DNA of 64,000 nt from Longimicrobiales bacterium (GTDB lineage Bacteria > Gemmatimonadota > Gemmatimonadetes > Longimicrobiales > Gaopeijiaceae), in assembly GCA_965226375.1 (NCBI GenBank), contig CBDDCX010000006.1:416001-480000 (forward strand), in the 5' to 3' direction. The first letter of the stretch is position 1. Every line of letters starts with the position of its first letter. Below the pieces are notes generated by a model, which worked only from the letters and a program-made list of their open reading frames with translations, did not search any database and was not told where the DNA came from. A program made the position numbers and the translations under genes. Shown piece by piece: positions 53,281 through 63,739 of the stretch.

Positions 53281-55965
53281 TCAGGAGGCCCTGAAGGCCA
53301 CCACCGGATCGATCCGGGTCGCCCTTCGCCCAGGCACATAACACGCCAACAGGACCATGGCGCCCAGAAGAGCAGCCGTCGCAACGAACGTGATCGGGTC
53401 TACCACGGGGATGCCCCAAACCAGCCCCGACATCACTTTCGCCAGGCCCAACGATCCCAGAATACCCACCAGCAGTCCCAGAGTGATGAGCATAAGCCCG
53501 CGCCCGAGAACCACCCGCATCACCGTCTCTCGTTGCGCGCCCAGCGCCATGCGAATGCCGATCTCATGAGTACGCTGGCTCACGCCGAAGGCGATGACTC
53601 CGGCGATACCGGCGAGGCTGACCAGGAACGCGACCCCCGCAAAAATCGACAGCAACACCACGGTCAGACGCCGGGGCGACAGCGCATCGCTCTGGAGCTG
53701 ATCGAGCGTCGTAATGTTCGACACTGGAATCGTCGGATCGAGCTCTGCCACGATCTCACGGAACTGGCGGCCCATGGCCAGCGGATCTCCGGCCGTCCGA
53801 ACCACGATGTTCTGCACCCGGTTCCCCTGGCGCATGGCTCCGTAGACTTGGGCCGGCGGCCGGGTCTCCAGCCCCACTTCGTGCACGTCCCGCACGACTC
53901 CGACCACGGTGAACATCGGATTGTCACAGCCACCCATCATACTGCAGGGCGCGTACCGCTTGCCGACCGGATCCTCACCCGGCCAGACCGTCTCCGCCAG
54001 AGACTCGTTGACCACCGCAACGAGTGGACCACTATCGTCGTCGGCCACAGTGAACGTGCGTCCCGCTAGGAGAGGAATACCCACGGTCCGGAAATACCCG
54101 ACATCCACCGTGCGCGGCTGAGCCTGCGGCAGACGCGTGCCGTCCGTTTCTTCGGCCCCCTCGGGCCGCACACCGTGGAACATGGCCTGCTGAAACTGCA
54201 TGGGTGAATTGTCGGTCAGCGCCGTCGAAAGGACTCCCGGCAGGCCGCTGATCCGGTCGCGGATAGTCAGGAAGAACTCCTGCTGCTCCTCAGGGCTCAT
54301 GCTCGAGTTCCGGGAGTTCACCGTCGCCCGCATGCTGAGGACGTTTTCCGACTCGTAACCCGGGTCCACCTTCTGCAGCTCCCAGAAGCTTCTCATGAGA
54401 AGCCCCGAGCCTACCAGCAGCGTAAAGGCGAGACCCAACTGGGCCACGACCAGCATACCCTGGAGCCGCTGGCCCTTCCGCCCACCAGTCATTCCCTGCG
54501 CTGCTCGCAGATGACTGGAGACCCGCCTTCCGGCGGTGAGCGCCGGCGCCCCTCCGAATACGAGCCCTGTAACGACGGAAACGCCGAACGTGAACAGCAG
54601 GACCGTGCCGCTCATCGAAGCCTCGTTGGCGCGCGGCGTGAAGCGACTGGCAAAGGCGACAAGCAAGTCGGTGCCTAACCAAGCGATCAGAAGACCAAAG
54701 ACACCGCCGAGCATTGCGAGGAGCGTATGCTCAGTGATCAGCTGCTGAACAAGCCTACCACGACGAGCGCCCAGTGCCGAGCGTACAGCGAGTTCCCGCT
54801 TCCGCTTGGTCATGCGGGCCAGTGCGAGGTTCGCCACGTTGGCACACGCGATCAAGAGGACCAGCCCCGCTGTACCCAAAAGGAGCAACAGCGTGGGCCG
54901 TGCGTTCTGGACCAACTCCTCCTTGAGCAGCGTGCTCCCGAAGTTCTGTCCTCGCTCCACAGAATAAGCGCCAGGGTATTCGGCCGTCATCTGCTGCATC
55001 ACGGCTCGCAGGTCGCGTTGCGAGTCCTCGAGGCCCATACCGGGACGCATGCGACCAAAGACCGACATCATGCGGTGGTTCCGGTTCTCCCTGAAGGACT
55101 CGGAGGAGCGGATCGGGCACGCGGACGTCGGCATGTAGAAGTCGTTCTCCCGGGGGTGCTGCGGCACCGGCGGTAGAATCCCGATCACCGTATGCATCTT
55201 GCCGTTCATTTCAAAGGCTTCGCCCACAACAGCCGGATCGCCTCCGAAGCGACTCTGCCAGTAACCGTAGCTCATGAGGAGCACCGGCTCAGCCTCCAGC
55301 CCGTCGTCTTCTTCGGTGAAGTCGCGGCCCAGGACGGGTCGCATGCCCATGAGGTCGAAGAAGTGTGATGAGACCACCCCCACCCGGACCAACTCGGCGT
55401 CGCCGCGGCCGAGAAGGGTGAACGACATGCCATGATACTCCGCCACACTTTCGAGTGAGCGGGTCCGAGCACGCAGATCCTGGATGTCGTGCACCGAGAA
55501 GAACAGGTTGTCTCGGCCGCCCGCCTCTTGGGGCTGCTGCAAGTAGACCAACCGGTCACCCTCGGCGTACGGGAGCGGCTTGAGCAGCACCCCGTGGATC
55601 ACACTGAAGATCGCGCTGTTGGCACCGATCCCGAGCCCTAGCGTGAGCACCACCACGGCGGTGAAGCCGGGATTCTTCCGTAAGGATCTCAGCCCGAAGC
55701 GCACATCGTTCACAATCCCGCTCATCCTCATTCCACCCCCCCCGGTTCCGTGACTCGCCATCAGCGCAAGCGCGCCAACGCTCACCACCTGCCGCCAATA
55801 CCACCAGTTGGCCCGTCTCGCGCCGGCCCCTGCCACCCTCTGAGCGAACTCCTCGGCCAGATCCCCCAGCGCCGCCTCCCCGGCCCGCGTCGGCGGAAGA
55901 ACGCTCTCCAGAAAGCGCTCTGCCAAACGCGGAGGTCTTACGCCGCCCGCATCACGTCCCGCCAT
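53281..55965 (-). CDS. ADOP-type duplicated MacB/FtsX ABC permease with N-terminal prefix domain
   Basis: PPRLAERFL...GDLAEEF...WYWRQ prefix, VLLIACANVANL and EIGIRMALGA. Confidence 0.92.
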   Translation of the reverse strand: MAGRDAGGVRPPRLAERFLESVLPPTRAGEAALGDLAEEFAQRVAGAGARRANWWYWRQVVSVGALALMASHGTGGGGMRMSGIVNDVRFGLRSLRKNPGFTAVVVLTLGLGIGANSAIFSVIHGVLLKPLPYAEGDRLVYLQQPQEAGGRDNLFFSVHDIQDLRARTRSLESVAEYHGMSFTLLGRGDAELVRVGVVSSHFFDLMGMRPVLGRDFTEEDDGLEAEPVLLMSYGYWQSRFGGDPAVVGEAFEMNGKMHTVIGILPPVPQHPRENDFYMPTSACPIRSSESFRENRNHRMMSVFGRMRPGMGLEDSQRDLRAVMQQMTAEYPGAYSVERGQNFGSTLLKEELVQNARPTLLLLLGTAGLVLLIACANVANLALARMTKRKRELAVRSALGARRGRLVQQLITEHTLLAMLGGVFGLLIAWLGTDLLVAFASRFTPRANEASMSGTVLLFTFGVSVVTGLVFGGAPALTAGRRVSSHLRAAQGMTGGRKGQRLQGMLVVAQLGLAFTLLVGSGLLMRSFWELQKVDPGYESENVLSMRATVNSRNSSMSPEEQQEFFLTIRDRISGLPGVLSTALTDNSPMQFQQAMFHGVRPEGAEETDGTRLPQAQPRTVDVGYFRTVGIPLLAGRTFTVADDDSGPLVAVVNESLAETVWPGEDPVGKRYAPCSMMGGCDNPMFTVVGVVRDVHEVGLETRPPAQVYGAMRQGNRVQNIVVRTAGDPLAMGRQFREIVAELDPTIPVSNITTLDQLQSDALSPRRLTVVLLSIFAGVAFLVSLAGIAGVIAFGVSQRTHEIGIRMALGAQRETVMRVVLGRGLMLITLGLLVGILGSLGLAKVMSGLVWGIPVVDPITFVATAALLGAMVLLACYVPGRRATRIDPVVAFRAS

Positions 55966-56287
55966 CGAGCTCCGCCTCCAGCCCCTCCCAAAGTCCCATC
56001 AGGGCCTGCCGGGACTCCCGAAGCGCGTCCAACCCCTGCGGAGTGACTTTCACGTACCGGCGCCGGCGTCCTCCACGTGTATCGGAAGGATCGCCGTAGT
56101 TCGAAGCGATCAGACCCTTTGCCTCGAGCCGGTCGAAGGTGACGTATAGTGCGCCACGAGAGACCTCACGACCCGAGCGCTCCGCGATCTCGTGCGTGAG
56201 TCTGACTCCGTAGGCCTCACCCCCCAGATGGAGGGACGCCAGTAGGACCATCTGCTCGAATTCTCCCAAATACCGCTTAACTGACAT
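55952..56287 (-). CDS. PadR-family transcriptional regulator
   Basis: LGEFEQMVLL, AYG, GALYVTFDRLEAKG and RRYVKVT. Confidence 0.93.
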   Translation of the reverse strand: MSVKRYLGEFEQMVLLASLHLGGEAYGVRLTHEIAERSGREVSRGALYVTFDRLEAKGLIASNYGDPSDTRGGRRRRYVKVTPQGLDALRESRQALMGLWEGLEAELDGGT

Positions 56288-56568
56288 GGATGCCTCATCC
56301 CACGATGGTTGACGACTTTGTAAGCTTGCCCGCATACAAGGTAAGCAACTCGCTGGCGAGTGCAAGGGGAATCGAGAAGCGACACGTCCACGGGTGTACC
56401 TGAGGGGGGTCGGATCGTATCTTATTGTGTCGGTACGCTTGCCGTGGATCGGTCAGGTATCGCATGGGGCCAGAGGCCCTACCTGTCGACACCCAAGAAT
56501 TCAAGAATGGGCCCCGACCGCCCGGGACCCTTGCTTTCATAGACGCTCAAATTTCGGATGGACTAACC

Positions 56569-56973
56569 ATGTCAAAACCCCCCCTACCGTTGATCGTCAA
56601 GTGGAGAGACCTGGCCCAAGAAGGCCGTTTTTACACTGACATCGCCAAAGATCACCCCGACTATACCGCGAGCCAGATCCGGCATTACTGCCTCGGTCAC
56701 TCCGGCGCAAAGGCGCCCGGCCCGCTCCAACGTCGCCGACGCTGGCCCGACAATCCGTGGCTGCAAGGCGAGAGGTCTCCCCACGCCCTCCTCACGAAGG
56801 AAGACGTGTTGAAGGTGCTCGACGACTGGGACGACAAGAAGGGATACTGGAACCATGCAGCAGGCCACTGGGCCAAGCTGTTGACCGTATCCCGCAGCAC
56901 GATCCTGGCCGTCCGACGCGGCGATACCTGGAAGCACCTCGCGCATCCCAACGCAGGGCGCAAGAAGAACTAG
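56569..56973 (+). CDS. Hypothetical protein with an HNH-endonuclease-associated HTH-like C-terminus
   Basis: GERSPHALLTKEDV...VSRSTILAVRRGDTWKHL; no HNH motif visible. Confidence 0.6.
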   Translation: MSKPPLPLIVKWRDLAQEGRFYTDIAKDHPDYTASQIRHYCLGHSGAKAPGPLQRRRRWPDNPWLQGERSPHALLTKEDVLKVLDDWDDKKGYWNHAAGHWAKLLTVSRSTILAVRRGDTWKHLAHPNAGRKKN

Positions 56974-57028
56974 CGTCTGTTGGACAGGTAGAGCGGGTTA
57001 GGGATTCTACGCCCGACCCTCACATCGA

Positions 57029-58105
57029 TCACATCTTGCGACAGGGATCCTTGATGAGGCGTCGCGCCCGGTTTTCAGAGCCGATGATTTCGTAGAAGCC
57101 CTTCAGGTAACTGAGGGCGTCTTCGACTTTGTCCTCCTGGAACCCCTCCAACCCCGTGTAGAGCGCCTCGAAGTCGGAGCGGAGACGCTCGAACTCCGAG
57201 TAGATGTCCTCGAAGTCCAAATCGGGTCTACAGAATCCGCGGTAGACCCGGTCACGGACCGAGCGGATGTTGAGGCTGGCGTCTGGCTTTGCGTACGAAG
57301 GTGCCACGAATCCGGCCCAGTCGAAGTCGTACGGCGTGGGTACGTGCACGCTCTCCGGTGTTCTCAGCAGGACCACGTTGTGGAAGTAGATCATGGACCA
57401 GTCGGTGTTACCCATCATGTACTGGAATACGGCCATGCGCGCCGATTCGCGTGCACTCAGGTGCCGAGGGTGGACCTGCTTGGTATGAAGGATCATGCCA
57501 CCCAAGCGCTCCGCGATGGCGTCCTCCTCCTCGATCAAGAACGCGAAGCGCGTGAAGGGATCGTCTTCGCCACTGGTGTCCACGTAAGTGATGCGCGCGA
57601 GGCGAACCCGAAAGCTACGGTCCGTGATCACGTTGTAGGTCCGATAGACCAGATATTCCTCGAGCAGGTTCTGCTCGTCCCCTTCTCCGTCCCGGCAGTG
57701 AGTTACGAGCTTGATCTTGTCCTGCCCGTCGAACACCGTCCCGCCTAACGAGCCCTTTGGAAGATTCAGCCGCAGCGGAGGGAATCGACAGGTCTTGAGC
57801 CTGAACCTCCCTCGCGTCCGCACCTTGACCTCGATCTCTTGCTGGGATCCGTCGTCGGCCGTCATGGTGAGGACCCCCGGCCGATACTCGCTGTCCTCCT
57901 TGCGGTCTCCTTTGATCTTGTCAAAGTCGGCCGCCAAGGTGAACTCGATGACGTCGTTGGACTGGAAGAGAGGCGGGGGTGGAGTAGGCTCCCCGGTGGC
58001 CGAGTCCGCCGAGGCTGGCTGAGCCTGAATCGGGATGGCCGCGGCATGAACGGGGGCCAAGAATGCAACGGTTGTGACGAGTATGGGAACTACGGGCTTC
58101 CACAT
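57029..58105 (-). CDS. Secreted protein with CotH-like kinase motifs
   Basis: Signal peptide; VRTRG, KIKL, EYLVY, GNTDW, HNVVL and PYDFDWAG. Confidence 0.65.
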   Translation of the reverse strand: MWKPVVPILVTTVAFLAPVHAAAIPIQAQPASADSATGEPTPPPPLFQSNDVIEFTLAADFDKIKGDRKEDSEYRPGVLTMTADDGSQQEIEVKVRTRGRFRLKTCRFPPLRLNLPKGSLGGTVFDGQDKIKLVTHCRDGEGDEQNLLEEYLVYRTYNVITDRSFRVRLARITYVDTSGEDDPFTRFAFLIEEEDAIAERLGGMILHTKQVHPRHLSARESARMAVFQYMMGNTDWSMIYFHNVVLLRTPESVHVPTPYDFDWAGFVAPSYAKPDASLNIRSVRDRVYRGFCRPDLDFEDIYSEFERLRSDFEALYTGLEGFQEDKVEDALSYLKGFYEIIGSENRARRLIKDPCRKM

Positions 58106-58111
58106 GGCTTT

Positions 58112-59194
58112 CTAGCTCCTTTTCTTCAATCCCTGGAGCGATCTCAGCTCCGCGGCGCGCACATGGTCTCCGCCGTCCTTGCGGATGGCGTCCAGCAGCG
58201 CGCCAGCCGGCACGTGTTCCTTGACCCGCACCAGATATTCCAGAATCGACACCCCATCCTCACCTGGGATGATCTCGGCCAGGCGCCACCGGACGGCCAG
58301 TGCGGCGAGGTGGCGCTCGACCAACTGCTGGGTCTCGCCGGCTAGATCCGTATAGACGAGCAGAATCGAGAACTGCTTCTTCTCCTTGTGGACATCGCTC
58401 TCCGCGTCCAGATAGCGGTCGACTCGGGCCACTCGGCGTGCAACCTCCTTGAGGTCGGTCTGCGGCATAGCGGTCAGGAGGGCCGAGTCACCGATGCTGA
58501 GAGCGGATTCGGCCGACCCGGGGCCGGCAAGCACGTCCCCCAACGCCAGCCCCGACGTACGCTTGAGCTGGTCCACGTAGATGTTGCCGAAATTCATCTT
58601 CCAGAGAATCAGATTGACGGTGTTGAACACCATCGAGGCCAGCAGGGCGGTCCCGAGCCGTTGGTCACCGGCGGCCAGGCCCACACCGATGGCCAAGAAG
58701 ACATACACGGCATCCTTCGTATCCTCGAGCGTGGTGCGGAACCGCACGGCCGCGACGATTCCCGCCAGGCTGAACGCCAGGGCCACGCTCGTCTTGACGA
58801 CGATGACAATACCCGTCACCGCGACCGGCAGAATGATGAGGGTGTGCACTACCGACTGATCGTAGCCACTCCTCCTCTTGATCATGATGTAGGTCCAAGC
58901 CACCGGGACCATGATGGCCAAAGCCGCCAGGAGGGAGAGCCCGTCGATGGCCAGTGCCTCCCAGCCCCGCCCGATGGTACCGTCCGTCAGCGGCACTCCC
59001 CCAAACGTATCCGTGATGGCGTCGGAGATAGCGTCTTGATCGGACCGGGCGACGGCTCTTTCGAACCAAGGGAAGGCCCAGACCAGAACTGCCATCGTAG
59101 AGACCAGGAGCCCGTAATAGACCGCGATGCGAACGATCGAACGCGTCGTGCGATCCGTCGCCGGACGTCCCTGCTTGGGCTCGGGATTACTCAA
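58112..59194 (-). CDS. DUF4956-family membrane protein
   Basis: LAFSLAGIVAAVRFRTTLEDTKDAVYVFLAIGVGLAAG; probable TTG start overlapping the upstream stop. Confidence 0.85.
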   Translation of the reverse strand: MSNPEPKQGRPATDRTTRSIVRIAVYYGLLVSTMAVLVWAFPWFERAVARSDQDAISDAITDTFGGVPLTDGTIGRGWEALAIDGLSLLAALAIMVPVAWTYIMIKRRSGYDQSVVHTLIILPVAVTGIVIVVKTSVALAFSLAGIVAAVRFRTTLEDTKDAVYVFLAIGVGLAAGDQRLGTALLASMVFNTVNLILWKMNFGNIYVDQLKRTSGLALGDVLAGPGSAESALSIGDSALLTAMPQTDLKEVARRVARVDRYLDAESDVHKEKKQFSILLVYTDLAGETQQLVERHLAALAVRWRLAEIIPGEDGVSILEYLVRVKEHVPAGALLDAIRKDGGDHVRAAELRSLQGLKKRS

Positions 59195-59613
59195 AGCGAG
59201 TGCTCGTAGCCGAATTCCGTGAGGAGCACGTCGTCGAGGTGATCGGCCTGCTCTGAGGTCCACAGAATGAGATCAATGATCTCTCCCGGATCCAGGTCCT
59301 CCACCGGACGTCCCGCCGTGAGAAAGACGACGCCATCCCGCGCGACTGAGAACGCCGCGCGGCCGAGGAAATCGTGATTGAGGCCGAGAAGCCGGTCCAT
59401 GAACGCCTCACCGTGATCGACGGGAACCCGCATGATCGAGAGGCGAACCACGAGCACAAGGCCCTCAGGACCCTCGGACTGCCGTACCACCCCGGCGAAA
59501 CCCGAAGCAGAACCTCTCTGGATCGGCTCTTCGAACCCGACAGCGAGGGTGCCGTGCTCAAGGTGGTCGAGGATGCGCTCGACCAACACCATTAGGGACT
59601 GGATCTCGACCAT
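59191..59613 (-). CDS. YbjN/CesT-like chaperone-fold protein
   Basis: RGSA, RLLGLNHDFLGRAAFS and EQADHLDDVL pattern; small and acidic. Confidence 0.7.
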   Translation of the reverse strand: MVEIQSLMVLVERILDHLEHGTLAVGFEEPIQRGSASGFAGVVRQSEGPEGLVLVVRLSIMRVPVDHGEAFMDRLLGLNHDFLGRAAFSVARDGVVFLTAGRPVEDLDPGEIIDLILWTSEQADHLDDVLLTEFGYEHSL

Positions 59614-59675
59614 GGACCAACTTGGTCGTCGGGACGCCGGCTTCGCAAGTTCAAGCCCGGGATCGACGTCGAGCG

Positions 59676-60740
59676 CTACATACCCTCCCACCAGGTGGAA
59701 CCCACCAGCCGAAAATGACTCAAGCGTCTTCCTGCATCGAACGCGTGGCACCGGTTGTAGTGGATGAATCCGTTCTGACGCACGTCGGTGTAGTTGCCGA
59801 GACCGTTCAGGCCCGATACCACGAGCCCGTCGACGTGGAAGTCATCGTTGGGCGGATTGAAGTAACCGGCCAGAATGACGCCTTCCCAGCTATAGTCCAC
59901 CTCTACCGTCAGCGTACCGGCCACGATCAGCACGCCTCGTCCACACACGGACGAGGTGCCCGTCACATTGCCGGTAAAGCGCGTCACCGGAAACGAGTCG
60001 GCGGGCAGCGAACACGGTGGCCAGACGTTCTCGTAGTCCACGGGGAAACTCGTGCTCGTGAGCAGATCCCAGTCGAGCCCTAGCGTGTCCAACACCGCCG
60101 CCAAGGAGCCCACGGTAAGCGAGTCCGCGGTACCGGTGACATCGGCGGACCCGTCGATGGTCAGGCTGCCAGAGCCCATCAGGACCGCCATGATGTCGGT
60201 CTGGCTTTGCTCGCAGTCCAGCGCCGTGGCCTCATCGAGGCCGTATGTTTCCGTGGCGTTGTGCAGTCGCATGTCGCCGGTTGCCTGGGTCAACGCCGCC
60301 GCGTGATCCAGGGCCGCTTCCCGTTTCATGGCGTATTGGTAGATCACCCGGCGGGCGGCGGCTCCCGAGACGGTCGGGTCCGTGTACACACCTTCGGAGC
60401 GCAGCAGGTACAGAGTCTCATAGTCGTCGACCTCAGCCACCAATCGGGCGGTGACCACTGCGTCTCCTCCCTCGATGGAATAGGTCACCGTAGTGTCGTG
60501 CACACCTACCTGCATCGCGACGTAGCGCTGGAGACCGGCCCGGGCAACCGATCATGCTCGTTGTGTCTCCACCGCGTTCACGCCCAGGAGGGCTTCGTCA
60601 GCACAACCTGATAGCCGGCCGCCCCCGCGATCCCGATGGCGAAGAGCAGGAGTACAACCAGTGCGAGCACGAACCCGCCCCGGGAATCGTCAGGCGGGGA
60701 GAGCTCGTCAACCCGACGCGGCGATGGCGCGTTCACGGAG
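59676..60740 (-). CDS. PilX-like minor pilin / pilus assembly protein (frameshifted near 60520-60600)
   Basis: RGGFVLALVVLLL prepilin-like N-terminus lacking Glu5, GRGVLIVAGTL C-terminal motif, last in the pilin operon. Confidence 0.65.
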
Positions 60741-60750
60741 ATACCCACGG

Positions 60751-61590
60751 TCAGTTGGAGTTCTTCAGGGGAATCTTTACGGTCCATGCGTACTCGTACG
60801 GTTCGCTGGTTCCGACCAACTTAGGGGCTATGGCAGCAGTCGTCACCTGAAGAGTCTGGATGCTGTCGAGCGCGGTCCCGGTAATGGCGTCGAGGAAGTT
60901 CGTCCCATCCTTCGAGTATGAGAACGCCGTACCGGAATCGATCCCGGTTGCGAACTCCCTGAGCGCGTCTCCCGTCACGCCGCGGTACACCGCCAACGTG
61001 GTCGGATCGAGATCGGACGTCGCGACCCTGAACTCCACTTCCTGCCAGATCATAATGGCCTCACCAAGAGTCGTACCACCCGATATCAGCAACCGCCCAT
61101 AGTCCTGACTAGCTCCAACCGTATCCGCCCCCGATCGCGTAGCACATTCGTCTGCATCGGCGGCCCCCGAAGAAACCAGGAGGTTCGACCACGGGTCGAG
61201 GGCGTACGTCCAATCACCGTTCGCGTCCTGCCGGGCGTATCCCGCAACCTCATTAGAGCTGATGTCAGAGAGTCCGGGCATATACACTCTTCCGTGACCT
61301 GCCTGCGCGTGGCAAACGCCACCGACCGCCAAGGGCAGTCGAATCACGAATCGCTTGGACTGGGCCAAGATGACACCACCCTCCGAGACACCACGGATCT
61401 CTGAGGCGATGAGGTCCGACACCACCCGGAGGTTGTCGTGCACTTTCGACCTTCCCATGACCAACGCATAAAAATCGTTCTGGGTCAGAAATACAGACGC
61501 CACAAGGCTCACGATGAGCGTGGACAGCGTGAGCGCCACCATCGCCTCGAGGAGGGTAAAGCCCCCCGCGCCGAGCGCCTTTACCAGGAT
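60751..61590 (-). CDS. PilW-like minor pilin
   Basis: GFTLLEAMVAL methylation motif; start approximate. Confidence 0.8.
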   Translation of the reverse strand: MLVKALGAGGFTLLEAMVALTLSTLIVSLVASVFLTQNDFYALVMGRSKVHDNLRVVSDLIASEIRGVSEGGVILAQSKRFVIRLPLAVGGVCHAQAGHGRVYMPGLSDISSNEVAGYARQDANGDWTYALDPWSNLLVSSGAADADECATRSGADTVGASQDYGRLLISGGTTLGEAIMIWQEVEFRVATSDLDPTTLAVYRGVTGDALREFATGIDSGTAFSYSKDGTNFLDAITGTALDSIQTLQVTTAAIAPKLVGTSEPYEYAWTVKIPLKNSN

Positions 61591-61973
61591 CGGTTGACGA
61601 ACGTCGTCCCGGTGAAGGACGGACCGGACCCGCTGGCGGGAAGCAGCCATACCTTGGCGTGTCGCGCCAACGCGGTCGAGTCTGTTACCGTGATCAGCCA
61701 ATAGTATGTCGATCCCCGAACCTGTGTCATCGAAAAAACCGTCGAAACCGCTAGAGAGTCGTAGTCCATGACCTCCAGGCTGTCCAGGCGCTCCTGCCCC
61801 ATCACGCTGAGCTCCGACCGGATCGCGGCCGACTCCATTCGAAGTGACAGCGTCCCAGTGAGATTCACTACCATCAGCACCCCGACCGAGAAGATCACCA
61901 ACGCCCCGATCACCTCGATCAGGGTAAAGCCCCCAGCGGAGACGCGCAGTCGACTGCGACCTCGCGTGCTCAC
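61581..61973 (-). CDS. PilV-like minor pilin
   Basis: GFTLIEVIGALVIFSVG. Confidence 0.85.
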   Translation of the reverse strand: MSTRGRSRLRVSAGGFTLIEVIGALVIFSVGVLMVVNLTGTLSLRMESAAIRSELSVMGQERLDSLEVMDYDSLAVSTVFSMTQVRGSTYYWLITVTDSTALARHAKVWLLPASGSGPSFTGTTFVNRSW

Positions 61974-62285
61974 CGTCTGTCGACCTTTGAGGCCCCCATA
62001 CTGTTGAAGGACACCTCATACCCGTTTTCGCCGGCAACGAACAGTGCGACGCCCAATGAACCGCCGGCACCGCTCAGATCACCCACTCCACGCGTATCAA
62101 AGACCAAACTATCTCCACTCAACTGGAGGTTAACGGAGTCGAGTCGGATTTCGTCCGACTCGCCGAACTCCCGCATCACGATGGTGTCACCGGACTCGAA
62201 CCGGAGCAGATACCCTCTCTGCCAACGTACGTGAGACACGGAGCACGCAAAGAATTAGAGTAGGGCGAAGGCAGAGAAAACGAAC

Positions 62286-62735
62286 ATGTTGGGACTGCGA
62301 GAGAGAATGGCAGAGAATGGTAGTGCCCCTGGAACCGGGGAGGCCAAGCGAAGCGCGGCAGCTCCTGCGGACCCGGAGGTAGTAGATAGGCCGCTACGGC
62401 GGCGGTTCAGTCCGTCGTACAAGCTGCGGATCGTCGAAGAAGCGGACCGGTGCACCGAGCCCGGCGAGGTGGGTCAAGTCCTGCGGCGAGAGGGCCTGTA
62501 CTCGTCGCACCTGACGACGTGGCGCAAGGCGGCGCATAGCGGGTCGCTGAAGGCCCTGTCGAAGAAACGCGGCCGCAAGCCGGAGCGAAATCCGCTGGAT
62601 GAGAAGGTACGCAAGCTGGAGCGGCGAAACGCACGGCTCGGGAATGAGCTCAGGAAGGCACACCTGATCATCGACGTGCAGGGAAAAGTTGCGGGGCTGC
62701 TGGGGATAAGCCTCGACGACGGGACAAACTCTTGA
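62286..62735 (+). CDS. IS3-family transposase OrfA
   Basis: Identical to 18090-18539 except one E>G change. Confidence 0.9.
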   Translation: MLGLRERMAENGSAPGTGEAKRSAAAPADPEVVDRPLRRRFSPSYKLRIVEEADRCTEPGEVGQVLRREGLYSSHLTTWRKAAHSGSLKALSKKRGRKPERNPLDEKVRKLERRNARLGNELRKAHLIIDVQGKVAGLLGISLDDGTNS

Positions 62736-63739
62736 AGGCGGCCGATGAGCTGGCTAAGCACGTCGGTGTAAAACCGGCGTGCGCGGCCCTCGAGGTCTCC
62801 CGATCGACGTTGTACCGTCGTCGAGGCCCATCAACCGGGCAACAGCAGCCCCGCCCGACGCCCGCCCGGGCATTGAGCGAGACGGAACGAGGCGAGGTCT
62901 TCGACACGCTGTGTTCGGAGCGGTTCGTGGACCGCTCACCCGCCGAGGTGGTGGCCACGCTGCTCGACGAAGAGGTCTACCTGTGCAGCGAACGCACGAT
63001 GTATCGTGTTCTGGCCTCCGAGGTGCCGGTTCAGGAACGCCGGGCGCAGCGCACCCATCCCGAGTACAAGAAGCCCGAGTTGATGGCCACGGCGCCGAAC
63101 CAGGTGTGGTCCTGGGATATCACGCGGCTGCTCGGGCCGAAGAAGTGGAGCTATTACTACCTCTACGTCATCATGGACATCTACAGCCGCTACGTCGTGG
63201 GCTGGATGGTGGCGGACCGGGAGAACTCGGCCCTGGCCGGCCGGTTGATCCAGCAGAGCTGCCTGAAGCATGGCGTCCAGCCCCGGGTCCTGACCCTGCA
63301 CTCGGATCGGGGAACTCCAATGACGAGCCAATGCACCGCTCAACTTCTCGCTGACCTCGGCGTGACCCGCTCGTTGAGCCGGCCTCAGGTGTCGGATGAC
63401 AACCCGTTTTCCGAGGCTCAGTTCAAAACCTTGAAGTACCATCCCTCGTTTCCCGGACGGTTCGGGGATCAGGGCCAAGCCAAGACGTTCTGTCGATCGT
63501 TCTTCCGCTGGTACAATGCCGAGCACCGCCATGGCGGCATCTCGATGCTAACCCCCGAGCAGGTCCACTTCGGGAACGCCGATCAGGTCATTGCCGGCAG
63601 GAAATCCGTGCTCCGCGAAGCATGGGCCGCTCATCCCGAACGCTTCGTCAGAGGTGTGCCGAAGCCCAAACCGCTCCCGGAGGCCGTCTTCATCAATCCT
63701 CCCATCCCTTCCCTCACCACACAGGACATTGCTCTCTAA
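62732..63739 (+). CDS. IS3-family transposase OrfB
   Basis: Same protein as 17086-18093; DDE motifs. Confidence 0.95.
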   Translation: MKAADELAKHVGVKPACAALEVSRSTLYRRRGPSTGQQQPRPTPARALSETERGEVFDTLCSERFVDRSPAEVVATLLDEEVYLCSERTMYRVLASEVPVQERRAQRTHPEYKKPELMATAPNQVWSWDITRLLGPKKWSYYYLYVIMDIYSRYVVGWMVADRENSALAGRLIQQSCLKHGVQPRVLTLHSDRGTPMTSQCTAQLLADLGVTRSLSRPQVSDDNPFSEAQFKTLKYHPSFPGRFGDQGQAKTFCRSFFRWYNAEHRHGGISMLTPEQVHFGNADQVIAGRKSVLREAWAAHPERFVRGVPKPKPLPEAVFINPPIPSLTTQDIAL

